64,000 bases of DNA from an uncultured virus (IMG/VR IMGVR_UViG_3300025138_000031). Lineage: Duplodnaviria; Heunggongvirae; Uroviricota; Caudoviricetes. Shown piece after piece: positions 52,601 through 60,366 of the stretch (positions within the stretch are counted from its first letter, which is position 1; every line of letters begins with the position of its first letter). A program made the position numbers and the translations under genes. The stretch lies in IMG/VR virus record IMGVR_UViG_3300025138_000031, one strand, 5' to 3'. The notes beneath the pieces are model-generated. The model saw only the letters and a program-made list of their open reading frames with translations. It was not told the DNA's origin and did not search any database.

Positions 52601-54416
52601 TACAGATGAAATACTATTAGATGCAATCAATAATGACAACACAGAAAGTGAAAAACAAATTTTACAACTATTCTTACAAGTTTTAAACCTTACTGCATTT
52701 ACTGGAAACATGGGTGCCATTACTGGACTTACTAAAGGTTTAGGTAAAAGTATAGTAGATATAAATACTAAAGCTGAAAGTATAGAAAAGTTAATGGATC
52801 CTAAAGCTCTTATTGACTTGTCTAAAATTTATAAGGGTAAGACATTCCAAAACACATACTTAAAAATATTTTATCAAATCAAAGAAAAACTTTTGCCTGC
52901 AACATTCTTAACTGCAAGTGCTGATTTTAGCATATTAGCTGATGAAGTATTTAAAGAGATGAATACAAATGATCTATCATTTACAGAAGAAACAAAAGAA
53001 AAAGTAAGATTAGATCTATTATCTTATTTGACAATTAAGGCATATGATAATCATATGATGAATAATAATAGTAGAAAAGTTGCTACATTAAATAACCAAA
53101 TACTATATCCATCACGTGATAGTGAATCTATTGTAGATGTAACACAAAGATTATTTGATTGGGCAGAAATTAATGATCCAAATAATTTCTTTATTATGAA
53201 CTTTCTGGACATTACTAAGGCTGATAACATTGACAATACAACTGGTTTAAATTTAGCTATGGCTAATACATTTAGACAAATTAGTTCTGCTCAAAAATTA
53301 GACCTTGTAAATGACTTTAATAAACTATACACCAATGTACAAACTAAAGATGATGCACAAGCAATAGTAAACTACATAATGGTTAAAGATGGATTACAGT
53401 TAGGATATGGTTCTTTACTATCTGCAATTGCACCACAAGTATTAAATGATTACTTAGATCAAGTTGACTCAGTAAGAAAAACATTAGAAGGTGAAGTAAC
53501 GTTTGGAACTACATTTAATTCTACGCAAGAAGAATTAATAGAAGAGTTTAAAGATGGGTATTTAACTTCTAACATAACAGGACCATTGTTACCTAACTTA
53601 GTACGAAGTGAGATTAAAAAGTTACCTAAACCGGTTACATTAAAAGGTGATAAGCTTACTATCAAATTTAAAGATGAGAGTAGTATTAAGAATTATATAA
53701 GAATTTCAAATGTTTCAGAGCTTGGAGGAGCAACATATAAAACATATAAAGCAAATCCAGAACAAGAAGGCTTAACAATTGAATATTCTGAGGTTCCAAC
53801 TTATGGGTCAAATCAACAAACAGCTATAGGTTTTATGTTTAATACTCCAGAATTTAGTAGACCAACCTATGCTGAAAATAGAGAGTATGTAAAGAATAAA
53901 AATAATCAAACTTCAGAGGAAAGTAAAATGGATAAGATGGAATTTGGTTTGTCAGAAGCTGCCGCTATACAGCAAGATGTATTAAATGACACAACTAATA
54001 ATATAGTTGCTACAGACAAAAGTGTAGAAGCTAATGGTATAAATATGGCTGATACAGATGCTTTGATGAAAAACATTTTAGAAAAAAGTGCTGCAATAGA
54101 AAATATAGAGTCTGAAATTAATACTCTAGAAGATACAGAAAATGCATTACCAACAATAGATGTAAATGAACAAGGGCAATATGCAATGTTTGCAGAAGAT
54201 ATACTTGGAGAAGCATCACAGTTTCCTTTATTGTCTGAAGGTTATGCTAACATTATGAGTAATCCATCTAACAAAAGTATTATGATGGAAAATAAATTAT
54301 TTCCTTTTAGTAATATGATTAGTGAATATAATGATAACTTTGTTAAAGAAAAGGAAACAGAACAAGAAAACCAAGAAGCTTTTTTAGATCAACTAAAATG
54401 TCTAGGTATAAAATAA
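40680..54416 (+). CDS. Giant virion RNA polymerase polyprotein (N-terminal ejection region, zincin protease, two-barrel RNAP)
   Basis: GADFDIDK at 51609-51626 (the DFDID catalytic motif of crAss-like virion RNAPs such as phi14:2 gp66), RIPTQ, TDNAK; HEAFH plus EEYLAD zincin at about 47094; hydrophobic Gly/Ala segments and EGVQEVSQ near the N-terminus. Confidence 0.92.
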   Translation: MENQNDTNLKDQSLASTIQETQRPTASVVPPGQDFIPVTEMFENAYTRIADINAIDPSIISGVNRYRNELDEYGIPALASLGVARPSLATGKFDPVAQQNPPANDFSKIQQILNEDVSEGPADDIAAPRFVNMRSSQFDRYFNNRKFDDLGFTPYSNTEEYYNQNSDVYDDMSRMWGQYTSLAGSGFSSVYRSIGDFFDGDNYAYAPDISTAMEFEDAMRVGNSSRDGGMAWTNNLLLNSAYTMGIIGSIAVEELALFAAAGVQGFLNPASDAVLLARTGANIKRLAVEGARVFNVFRGLEAGRDIYKTLKSAEAAKDFWSAAKTGGRVLGNAFAPNTVYALKNFKTAQNATQNGINIAKAASTFGGFYRDVRAINLALAESKLEGGMVYNQLVRDGIRIHEAKTGRPVTPDQMAKIESAASKGSFYTTMANAPIIYASNWFVLGNAMGGFNRTLSRVFNDSYRRGFKSIVQTGATRNAKGVLNKNVFENVGANLGGTWKKVKAGGWKGLVGSGGAAMLRYAAANIAEGVQEVSQEAVSAATTGYYNEVMKDPLAGGMELRNTMIANGIGSQLSSEGFSVFMSGFLMGGVVQLPQKMFFQGVPSIYKYGANQAASGLGMDGGVFGTKGQNEAWAEYKEQRDEFLADILEQHNTVWNNQIDDPTSLFDETKFNFFMQKQMADGMKAANGQDMFAFKDEQDASKFQQMYTIFQHGTSQIYRDQLTDMLKLTNEELYEAYSGSAGVKKSDIKNGKIRERLTNMVEAIDKQEQNYLDDVAKFPQPFDPSKFKKGTPEFTQEVLSANAWNHARFLYMFTKDGFTQALERSNKIYSLLENEPIFAKMEAKDLTVLLSAESIDAEIKMLKAEKQVFQDSDQAPQTKQIAEKAERIAKLEAIKAILTDPKYTTKSDGKRKGTFDRRNIKKLSPAFAAYVKYLAGTQDSFVSEENINKALIDIVDHIALKERAKVYDKAIEYLGNPERFGEIFNRQLEYNKQYFSKVKENFEKQLKKYVSIQEANQLMSEFLALNPSVFFDPEETKMFLETNDIKYLKTAYTETSQVSGIDSDGAFVIYDKILHEQIKQKLRTYAGIQEDVFEQPETKPKTESDLSNEAAADVEDTLGNMGIDVVLDQPNNTPMLNALLKKEYRKYQATASIMGDPVISFDRWRDSQEGVNLQNGFNALKKIWAAGKMSNNPSTQEIEYISPLSSEQVISEKGFEQWALSRDTQESPQVRRVLDQLGLKLSDIFVNVDAVGDKGSTIPGDANRKVIEKGSTAALIKIDTVDVNSGDRVSQYKITDLNGNNLSKELLNFLDQKNQVHRFGTFTTLGKALAAYKIIEATAPDTSIFPFDGVEGLNQGMLVYKDNEPFIILSNPGEAANGYLKIIPAALNTPNKKELKSNTITLQPGQFKGVYTKQDLDTTKFNANVARIDVNEPITPYKAVNKGEDSGSFGEAEARYNLIVSMLSADELANLEFVISVPENSGEVSERPFSITGKDGVQYLSPNPLVKLVKSKYQIGIRIKDAAINSRLMDALLKVGLKPNTNEGNFFAFLNNQYVVMEDLQGKPVDPRSMSESQMLNTIYPGGVQNMSNKELLNLVHNNFALNALIVSELDELGLTTESGEVSFINGFGKFGLKVDGGRVAYPEKGQQISRPVNDLLYNDSDGNGGILIYDFKYDPDLGKRTVQTVTNLEGDAQSKLRADVKQGLGDRYNDMITGSDRYYVIIKLPNGTYAPVNLKSRKKTLVEVTSLYTRIISRAQDTLKDNKKGDVLFNEKFNEETNNELFISNKPGYIIDLEVSPFGQPQLILKKKLGKDNFEEKARIEISKDVVRDAKLGSTKEMQTLLDDFNKDEAVRAEGVKLSPANFRESFPDGAPVETILEKSRTNVLPNVVEQQKLRVTGDDAAIQASKDVAFISPLKPDEVKPLENPTNEELGDDGINGISDELFDEQLEREFEEYSNQTLQPIVNKILRGLELNAREENVYKYLESKIELLVLNQGGRGSKAEATEVLESPLQRAKQELDVYKEELLAGVLFKDHAKTLKNSKEYQRLVKNYKQLAKIANKLLKPSLTPLEVEEINTFIDWARVNLPDYISVETLENLRDNFQSNNERVGAFMLNMSGIGNGVQGTIFTKALSPFKYHEAFHGVFRMLLSQEEIVKFRNIARKEVRAKLRAEGKSFKKELGIFRNSASTYTNMSEKELENEYYEEYLADEFEKFKMDPKSSNVDAEVKSFFTRLMEWLKSLFNNVAQDELQTLFKNIDTGKYQQAQVAKNEFTAAMNAGPIVANALLPYSNEQVEDVSGNIRTGTLYLNSDISNPLIGSMAAMFLNRVSEIKGAYNPASVLEVLMGDFQNLYHPLNPANESLTEEQLAELSIIQDSFNIYPEEITKAVVSQLNTIGTQVENEQFTLDEFEDSSGVRTTSQYDKDASLIGGFNSLSSFIRGFIATTNLVADDQGLVMDLYGNTELESSDENIGTKPLIIPVDAQYAYNALLKAVKNTEDTKQILEQMYAFGVDNPHAGAVVTRILNRAGISPETLLSKDPLPVNFVMKDPGFLQSIIKGFQNYRVNYIFNERDEYGNIRIYSAAQRDDINAQLDKWNQAFISKKKRFNNEKVQNQIEELLNGLNDLLTSQKKITNKALSEKASKYSLDLFNLVGIKLSPLYIRFSALKSKPTSVLNVSQASLVRNNIDQLSINEIGLNQTSKTVNEYVTTIEELRLGIQRNANIFSTGNDGIASRLYELSQNNAAFDETVGASVFKNPNGDLVFAHQLPTYHLKQVKALNNISTLDSLKATDPYLTNNYLLNSAAFRNMSNKQKLQISRIAGSKIGQELNSEADLNEFISGIKSTQTYGEFTPQEFAVTMINNYTAFFNTKSNKVDRVLDAEGNEVGIAPILVRVMEASNTGDMLGLPVIKAVETVNGEVKITDTAIDIVVNEIATEFSRINREAQQLNDAGRQLIKGYNVNENGRAFKINNNKLALSEELRTRLERVAIEQGKEGNTITLQNALSAADTSIGALKADISKSLEIQFDEFQDTLDELNVRDQFSKYIKDGLAVGQGVARKETLKSARLLNLNYLEEHNLKQIFINDYINTLSINQVLLGDEAMSLKDPIDQVKRAKMQNAAYYSAYSSFSAPLLGVDHNVEDISLITFEEPKGQSAITGEDIDRADAQMYITTKAFRYMWFGFGKLTKAQAELIDAIESGQTLPLGTYDLANQLFGNEQSPIGLVDQQAMLNSKKLVYGDGKTFLKMSAFVLTPQYTSTLDDQGKWVAKPNRIELHNLRVKLEAIENKEGAQTLGIAAPESASKMMKQNINNIEQLGNTREFTEEVTNLDARMMGLQVLNPSNKLDIIDPTQIKEILTSEQDDSVYVAALDMTIGEIRSAYNQAVSQRVELKFKDRRNLIFTLGTSYDELAVSKEQGKLTPNLQAFLNYAVNSLKASQSSETLLDFFSSTDGVQNYDLNNPVTVKKFEQLFLSYFSKGTLSERAPGVSLTLVSDFGNKVYRRVYEVDANGVPVRSEVIRENVFEKNPEALVELDSLVEGDHNGVVVLDRLRTGLMGYTDPKDKSTATGERYSEMIMPAHYKDIMTLVEEGTMEMPEAISKMFAVRIPTQDNHSAMAVRMVDFMPAYYGSTAMFSQELIEISGADFDIDKVFALIKEFYVKDNKFVEYSQEGSYDEYFRYVSERVLKSGNIYAEAANLWVDEQSESKTPITLAEENNVTDAGLSERGLQALKVLGLPITKAQYKLYVAKFGVPYAAPLNNKLVDLKYALVSNTGVTESESGVPISYQSANQQIITDVLTELANESDYFKKKVEENVSDINNLNGKILAFKANKGASIGAFVLPNLYLSLLTEYKSELKSPITVNGKPYSKYGVTVMENGDRKQDVNSSLVTMATDNAKDRNVGKLGLNRNASAVLMNMVALGIPLKTAVLLINVPKVQELYTAAINKTDMFDAGIIALVKAELSESEQKGQTGLITDEILLDAINNDNTESEKQILQLFLQVLNLTAFTGNMGAITGLTKGLGKSIVDINTKAESIEKLMDPKALIDLSKIYKGKTFQNTYLKIFYQIKEKLLPATFLTASADFSILADEVFKEMNTNDLSFTEETKEKVRLDLLSYLTIKAYDNHMMNNNSRKVATLNNQILYPSRDSESIVDVTQRLFDWAEINDPNNFFIMNFLDITKADNIDNTTGLNLAMANTFRQISSAQKLDLVNDFNKLYTNVQTKDDAQAIVNYIMVKDGLQLGYGSLLSAIAPQVLNDYLDQVDSVRKTLEGEVTFGTTFNSTQEELIEEFKDGYLTSNITGPLLPNLVRSEIKKLPKPVTLKGDKLTIKFKDESSIKNYIRISNVSELGGATYKTYKANPEQEGLTIEYSEVPTYGSNQQTAIGFMFNTPEFSRPTYAENREYVKNKNNQTSEESKMDKMEFGLSEAAAIQQDVLNDTTNNIVATDKSVEANGINMADTDALMKNILEKSAAIENIESEINTLEDTENALPTIDVNEQGQYAMFAEDILGEASQFPLLSEGYANIMSNPSNKSIMMENKLFPFSNMISEYNDNFVKEKETEQENQEAFLDQLKCLGIK

Positions 54417-54424
54417 TATAAGTT

Positions 54425-57400
54425 ATGGCAAGATGTCCAAATAAAAATACTGCAGAGTATAAAGCATTACAAGATGTATTTCAAACAGAAATAAGAACTA
54501 ATAGTGTTATAAATACTTGGCAAGACATTAATAACTCAGATGCATTTCCTACACCTTTTCAGGCTAATGAGATGGTGTCTGATCAGAAAGTTGCTTTTGC
54601 TTTAAAACAAAAATCATTTGGATTAAGTTTATTAGATAACTTACGTAGAGAACATATAGGTCATACATTCCAGGGACAATTTTTAATTAATAATTCTAAC
54701 CCAGTTACAAGAGAATATGACTCAATGTTTTTAGATGCTAATGTTAAAAAACTATATAGATATTTAAGAATAAACAATATACCTGCTGACACAGTTACAT
54801 TACAAAGAACACCAAAGACATATAGACTAATTGTAAATGAGGATTTATTTACTAATAAAGATGTACTTGAAAAGTCTAGGTCATGGGATACTAATAGGTC
54901 TAGAGAGGTTGTTATGCACCTAAAAAGAATGTTTCCACAAGTTAATGTAGAAATGTTGAGTGTTACTGAAGCTGCAGATATGTTTTCTATGTTTCCAGAA
55001 TGGAAGAAGAGTAATGTTAAATTTAAAGATGTAAAATCTTTTTATGTAGACGGTACAGCATACTTAATAAAAGGTAGAGTAACTGATGAGACAGCAATAG
55101 AAGAAATGCTACACCCTTTAGTAGATGCAATCAAAGTAGACAACCCTGAATTATTTAATGGTTTGTTAGCAGAGGCCAGCAAGACTTTTCCAGAAATGGT
55201 TCAGCAGATAAAAGCTGAGTATAATGAGAATACCAGAAACTTTAGTGATACTGAAAGAAATCTAGAAATAGTAACACAAGCCTTATCAAGACACTTTAAG
55301 AAAGAATATGAAACTAATCCTAGCCAAGGATTCCTAGACAAAGTAAATGAGTTTATGGATTGGTTTATGGAACTTATAAATAACCTTAGTGAGTATTTAA
55401 CAGGTACACCTTTATCTGTAAAAGATATAAACCCAAGTGGTAACTTAAGTGATATTGCTAAACTTTTAAATACAGAAAGAATACAATTTAAACTGGAGAG
55501 TAGAGCTGATGGAAAGATAAGGTTTAGTTTATCTCCAGAAAAGAAAAGACAGGTTGATCAAGCCTTGTCTGAAGCTAATGGGGTACAAGCAGAAATAATA
55601 AAAAGTTTATTTCATGTAGCCAACTCATCAGATGTTGAAGTTAATTCATTGTCTGGTAGCAGATTTAAAACTGAAGAGGAAATGCAAAGAGGAGACTCAG
55701 GAGAAACCATTGTTGTTTTAAATGAGAAGAATCACACATACTATGATATAACAGATAAGCTTCAGCAGAAACCATATACCTCAGTTACTACAGCAATCAA
55801 AGGCACTCTTAAAAACTTAGAAGATGTTCAGCTTAATTTAGATATTGGCAATGATGTTGATGCTTTATTAGATGCTTTGGTAACACACCGTAGTGTAGAG
55901 GATGTATTTGATCAAATGAAAGTTGTAGATCTAGAGACTGCTAAAACTGTTTATAATACATTACAAACTACACTAACTAATATAATGCCTGAAGGATCTA
56001 TTGCTTTATCTCAAGTTGTAGTATTTGACAAAGCAACAAAAATGGCTGGTACAGCTGATTTAGTTATTGTAGATAAAAATGGTTTTATTAAAATTGTAGA
56101 TTTAAAGACTACAAAAAATTCTTTAAAAACCTATACTACAGAAGATACAAAGGTAGGGAGAAAACAAACTGTATATTATGATAAAGAATGGGCACTAAAT
56201 GAGGATAGTTTATTGAAACAAAAAGGAATTGATAAATTATCTACTAGAGGTCAACATAACCTACAAGTAAACATTTATAGAAGGATGTTTCAGAATATGG
56301 GATATGATGTATACATGGGAGACTATGCTGCATCTACTTTTCATTTAGTTGCTGATATAAGTGGGAAAGGCAAGAACCAAAAGTTCAATGGGAATATTAA
56401 GTCTGATCAATGGGTAGATCATCCTATATCTCAGAATATTAATTATGTTAATATGCTTATGCCGCTCAATCCTGATACAACTAAAAAAGAAGAGTTAGAT
56501 GAGCTTACTAAAGATATGGAAAATAAACTGGTTGATCCAGATGTTGTTCCTGCAGATTTAGTAGAAGAAGATGAAAAAACAGCAGAAACGGTTACACCAG
56601 TTCCAGAAGATCCAGTATATGATACTATTTCTGGCATACTTAAAGAATACCAATTATCATTAATAAATAAAATAGATTTACTTGAGGCAAAGAAATTAGC
56701 CAAAGCTTCTATATTTATTGATAGAACAAAAGATGAAGCAATAGAACAATTGGCTTCTACAATTGCTTTTATTAATATAGCAATGAGTGAGGGGCCTATA
56801 GCTAGATCTTCTGCTTATTCAGAATTATTACAAGACTCACTAAGACAAGTTAGAAAGTTTAGTGCCTATGTTCAAGATCCTAAGAACTTTGCTAAATCTG
56901 AATACATTACTTATGTATTAAATTTTGATAAGTTTATAAAAACATTCCAAGGTTTACAAAGCATTACTGATCTAGCACCTTTAAATGCAACGCAAAGATC
57001 TTTAATATTGTCTCTTAAGACAGATCTTAATAAATTAACTGGTGCTGATGGAACACAACAAGGTTTAATAGATGGTGCTATTAATGATTATGTTAAGGAA
57101 ATTATTAGAAACAAATCTAATAGAGCTTATGGTGAAGAAGGAAGCTTCTTTACAGAAGCAAATCTAGAATTGTTGTTAAAAGAAGCCAGAGACATCTCTG
57201 GTACAGATCTTTACACTAGGGATTTGGCTACACAAGGTGATGTTATTTTAGCTTTGATGGATAAAATATATAAGTCTAAAAAACAAGAGCTATTAGATAA
57301 AGTTGCAGAAAGAGAAGGTGTAATTAAAGCAGCAGGTAACCAAGTAATTAAACTTACACCCAATGCAAAACGTAATACAGCATATAATTTTATGTTAGTA

Positions 57401-60262
57401 TATGATGAGAATGGTGAGTTTACAGGTAACTATGTAAAAAAGATTGGTCAACAGTACTATAAAAAGCAGGAAGAACTAAGAGCACCTCTATATGATAATG
57501 ATAATAACCCATATCAATATGAAGAAATTTTAGCATCTGATATAGAAGAGCTTAAAAAAACCAAAGAGGGACGTGCAAAAATAAAATATAATCAAGATCT
57601 TGCAGATGCTAAAGCTGCATTCAGTGCATTCTTTAGAGCTGAAAGAACTACAGATGAACAGTATGATGATGGTGAATACCATACATATACAAAAGAATTT
57701 AAAGATGCAAGAGATAGAGTAGAATACTATGTGCCTGGTAAAGATGGTAGTCCTTTTGGAAATTGGTATAGAAAACCACGTGTTTCTGATGTACAATATG
57801 CAAAGTATGAAGCTAGGTATTTTAAAGTAAATGAGTACACTAAAGCAATAAGAATAGATGGGGTACCTACTGGAGCTGTAGTAGCTGGTCAAACATACCG
57901 TTCACCAAAAGTAAAGTATAGAGTAGCATTAGAAAGAAGTAATCCAGTAGATGGCTTACCTCAAGATATGACTAGTGAACAATATAGAAGCATTATGAAT
58001 CCTAGTGATGCATTAGGAATAGCACAAAAAGAATTCTATGAATTGTTTGTACAGTATTTTGAAAATGAACTTCTAGAAAAGTTACCACAGAATGTTAAAA
58101 ATAACATGCTTGGTAGAGTACCGTTAGTTCAAGGTGCTGCTATTAATACTATGAAAAAGAAGTCATCCTTCTGGAATCAATTGTATGCAAAAACTGTAAG
58201 AAGCAGAACATGGAATATGTTTAATAAAACTTCAACTCAAAAAGGAGTTATGGTAGATCCTGTTACTGGATATATTGTAGATCAGATGCCTATTTTTTAT
58301 ACAGGTAGGCCAAAGATTGATGGTGAGATGGAACAAATAGAAAAGGAAAAACTTGCTATACAAGACCAATATAAAACAGGTAAGAAGCAAGATGGTACTA
58401 CATATACAGAAGATGACTATAATATTGATTTAGCTGGGATTAATGGTAAGTTAGCTAGAATAAGATCAACACCTAGTGTAGGAGAAATTAGTACTGACTT
58501 AGCAACCAGTCTTATTAAGTTTAGTGCAATGGCAGAAAACTTTGAGACAATGGCTACTATTGATGATACTCTTAATGCAATGATGAAAGTTATAGAAAAC
58601 AGACATTATCAACCATCTGAAGGCTCAGGTATAACTTTTATAGATAAAGTAAAAGGTGTAGTTTCAGGAACACCAAAAAGCAAATATGCTAAAAATGAAA
58701 ATACAAAGAAGAGAGCTCAGAAATGGATGAGTCAAGTGTATTATGATAATGAAAATATTACAAAAGGAGCAGGTGATAAAATAGCTGAGGGAATTATTCA
58801 ACTGTCTTCTTTGTCTTATGTAGCCTTTAACCCTTTTGGTAACTTTAATAACTACTTAATTGGTAGAGTCAATAACAATATTGAATTACTAGCAGGTAGG
58901 TTTGTAAGTAGAGATGCACAACTAAGAGCATCAAGAGAGTTTAATAAAAGAGCCTTACCTGATATGGTTTCAAGAACAGGTGCAGCAATGACAGATGCAG
59001 TTGACGTACTTACATTTGGTAAAATACCAGGTTTAAAATCAAGTGAGTATGATCCTAAAAGAGCTAATAGTAAATATGAAGCATTTGTAGATATGTTTAG
59101 GATGATGGATAAGATGTCTGAATTGCGTGAACAGGGAGCAGATACTGCAGAGGGCAAAACTTGGTTTGAAAGAGCAGCTGAATGGGGTTATGTAATGCAA
59201 GATGCAGCAGAATATAATGTACAAACTAAAATGGGTATGGCTGTTTTGATGGATACTACTATGCTTAATCCAGACACTGGGGAAACATTATCTTTATATG
59301 ATGCCTTTATGTATGATGCCAAGTCACACACAAATAAAATTAAAGAAGGTTTTACCAAGATTGTTAAGTTAGATAAAAATAACAAAATAATTAAAGGGAG
59401 TGAGCAAGACTATACTAATGAATTTAGATATGATTTAAGAAATAAAATCAGAGAAATAAATAAACAAATTCATGGTAACTATGCTAGAGAAGATAGGATG
59501 GTTATGCAACAACATACATTAGGTAAACTTGCAGTTCAATTTAAGAAGTGGGTGGCACCTGCTATTAGAGCTAGATACCAAAGAGAATACTTTGATGAGA
59601 ATCTAGGTTGGATGGAAGGTAGATATAGATCTGCTCTTAGCTTTTTAAGATATACAGGTCAACAACTTAGAAAAGGTAATACAGAATTTAATACCTATGG
59701 TAAAGGTTTTATGGAAGCACAAAAAGGATATGATGGAAAAGGTGGAAATGCAGATCAACGTGCACAGAATAAACTATTTGGGTTCTATAGAACAATGGGT
59801 GAGATAGCTATTATGACAAGTGCACTATTAATCAACTCTATATTAAGTGAATTACTAGCGGGAGATGGAGATGATACTGACTTAGAAAGAAGAATGAAGA
59901 ATTTATCTAAGTATCAAGTAAACAGAATTTACAAAGAGATGGTGTTATTTATGCCTTGGATTCCTGATGGAGGTAAGCAAGTATTCCAACAGTTTGGTAA
60001 TCCAGTAGCTGCCACTAGAACTTTTGGTGAGTTATCTGAACTATTAGGAATGACATTAGTAACTGGCTATAAAGGTCTGAGACTCAAAGCAGGAGGTAAA
60101 GAAGAAGATTATTTCTATGGAGATAGTTCAATAGTATATCAGAAAGGTAAAAGAAGAGGTGAACTTAAGTTATACAAAAACTTTAAGGATGTATTTCCTA
60201 TTGTGTATAGTATTCAGAAATGGGAGTCTTATTTAACTAATGATGATTTCTATATAAAATAA
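54425..60262 (+). CDS. Large polyvalent cargo protein with degenerate zincin and PD-(D/E)XK nuclease domain
   Basis: EEMLH (55100-55114) in place of HExxH; AGTADL..IVDLKT..QVNIY (about 56045-56280), RecB/Cas4-like; long helical C-terminal region with a hydrophobic segment. Confidence 0.75.
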   Translation: MARCPNKNTAEYKALQDVFQTEIRTNSVINTWQDINNSDAFPTPFQANEMVSDQKVAFALKQKSFGLSLLDNLRREHIGHTFQGQFLINNSNPVTREYDSMFLDANVKKLYRYLRINNIPADTVTLQRTPKTYRLIVNEDLFTNKDVLEKSRSWDTNRSREVVMHLKRMFPQVNVEMLSVTEAADMFSMFPEWKKSNVKFKDVKSFYVDGTAYLIKGRVTDETAIEEMLHPLVDAIKVDNPELFNGLLAEASKTFPEMVQQIKAEYNENTRNFSDTERNLEIVTQALSRHFKKEYETNPSQGFLDKVNEFMDWFMELINNLSEYLTGTPLSVKDINPSGNLSDIAKLLNTERIQFKLESRADGKIRFSLSPEKKRQVDQALSEANGVQAEIIKSLFHVANSSDVEVNSLSGSRFKTEEEMQRGDSGETIVVLNEKNHTYYDITDKLQQKPYTSVTTAIKGTLKNLEDVQLNLDIGNDVDALLDALVTHRSVEDVFDQMKVVDLETAKTVYNTLQTTLTNIMPEGSIALSQVVVFDKATKMAGTADLVIVDKNGFIKIVDLKTTKNSLKTYTTEDTKVGRKQTVYYDKEWALNEDSLLKQKGIDKLSTRGQHNLQVNIYRRMFQNMGYDVYMGDYAASTFHLVADISGKGKNQKFNGNIKSDQWVDHPISQNINYVNMLMPLNPDTTKKEELDELTKDMENKLVDPDVVPADLVEEDEKTAETVTPVPEDPVYDTISGILKEYQLSLINKIDLLEAKKLAKASIFIDRTKDEAIEQLASTIAFINIAMSEGPIARSSAYSELLQDSLRQVRKFSAYVQDPKNFAKSEYITYVLNFDKFIKTFQGLQSITDLAPLNATQRSLILSLKTDLNKLTGADGTQQGLIDGAINDYVKEIIRNKSNRAYGEEGSFFTEANLELLLKEARDISGTDLYTRDLATQGDVILALMDKIYKSKKQELLDKVAEREGVIKAAGNQVIKLTPNAKRNTAYNFMLVYDENGEFTGNYVKKIGQQYYKKQEELRAPLYDNDNNPYQYEEILASDIEELKKTKEGRAKIKYNQDLADAKAAFSAFFRAERTTDEQYDDGEYHTYTKEFKDARDRVEYYVPGKDGSPFGNWYRKPRVSDVQYAKYEARYFKVNEYTKAIRIDGVPTGAVVAGQTYRSPKVKYRVALERSNPVDGLPQDMTSEQYRSIMNPSDALGIAQKEFYELFVQYFENELLEKLPQNVKNNMLGRVPLVQGAAINTMKKKSSFWNQLYAKTVRSRTWNMFNKTSTQKGVMVDPVTGYIVDQMPIFYTGRPKIDGEMEQIEKEKLAIQDQYKTGKKQDGTTYTEDDYNIDLAGINGKLARIRSTPSVGEISTDLATSLIKFSAMAENFETMATIDDTLNAMMKVIENRHYQPSEGSGITFIDKVKGVVSGTPKSKYAKNENTKKRAQKWMSQVYYDNENITKGAGDKIAEGIIQLSSLSYVAFNPFGNFNNYLIGRVNNNIELLAGRFVSRDAQLRASREFNKRALPDMVSRTGAAMTDAVDVLTFGKIPGLKSSEYDPKRANSKYEAFVDMFRMMDKMSELREQGADTAEGKTWFERAAEWGYVMQDAAEYNVQTKMGMAVLMDTTMLNPDTGETLSLYDAFMYDAKSHTNKIKEGFTKIVKLDKNNKIIKGSEQDYTNEFRYDLRNKIREINKQIHGNYAREDRMVMQQHTLGKLAVQFKKWVAPAIRARYQREYFDENLGWMEGRYRSALSFLRYTGQQLRKGNTEFNTYGKGFMEAQKGYDGKGGNADQRAQNKLFGFYRTMGEIAIMTSALLINSILSELLAGDGDDTDLERRMKNLSKYQVNRIYKEMVLFMPWIPDGGKQVFQQFGNPVAATRTFGELSELLGMTLVTGYKGLRLKAGGKEEDYFYGDSSIVYQKGKRRGELKLYKNFKDVFPIVYSIQKWESYLTNDDFYIK

Positions 60263-60315
60263 GGTTTACACGTCAAATTTGCAGTGAAATAATTTTTAAG
60301 GATCATTTAGATTGT

Positions 60316-60350
60316 GTATATTATATTATAAACCAGCAGTACATAGTAAA
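60316..60350 (+). promoter_or_regulatory. GTATATTA motif plus AGCAGTACAT leader element
   Basis: Matches 13592-13640. Confidence 0.5.
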
Positions 60351-60366
60351 CAATTAATTTATATAT

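Noticed and set aside
54399..54445. Split intein at the RNAP / next-gene junction (CLGIK starts like an intein N-fragment)
   Set aside because: Only 5 aa follow the extein, and the downstream protein has no intein C-fragment ending in HN-(C/S/T)
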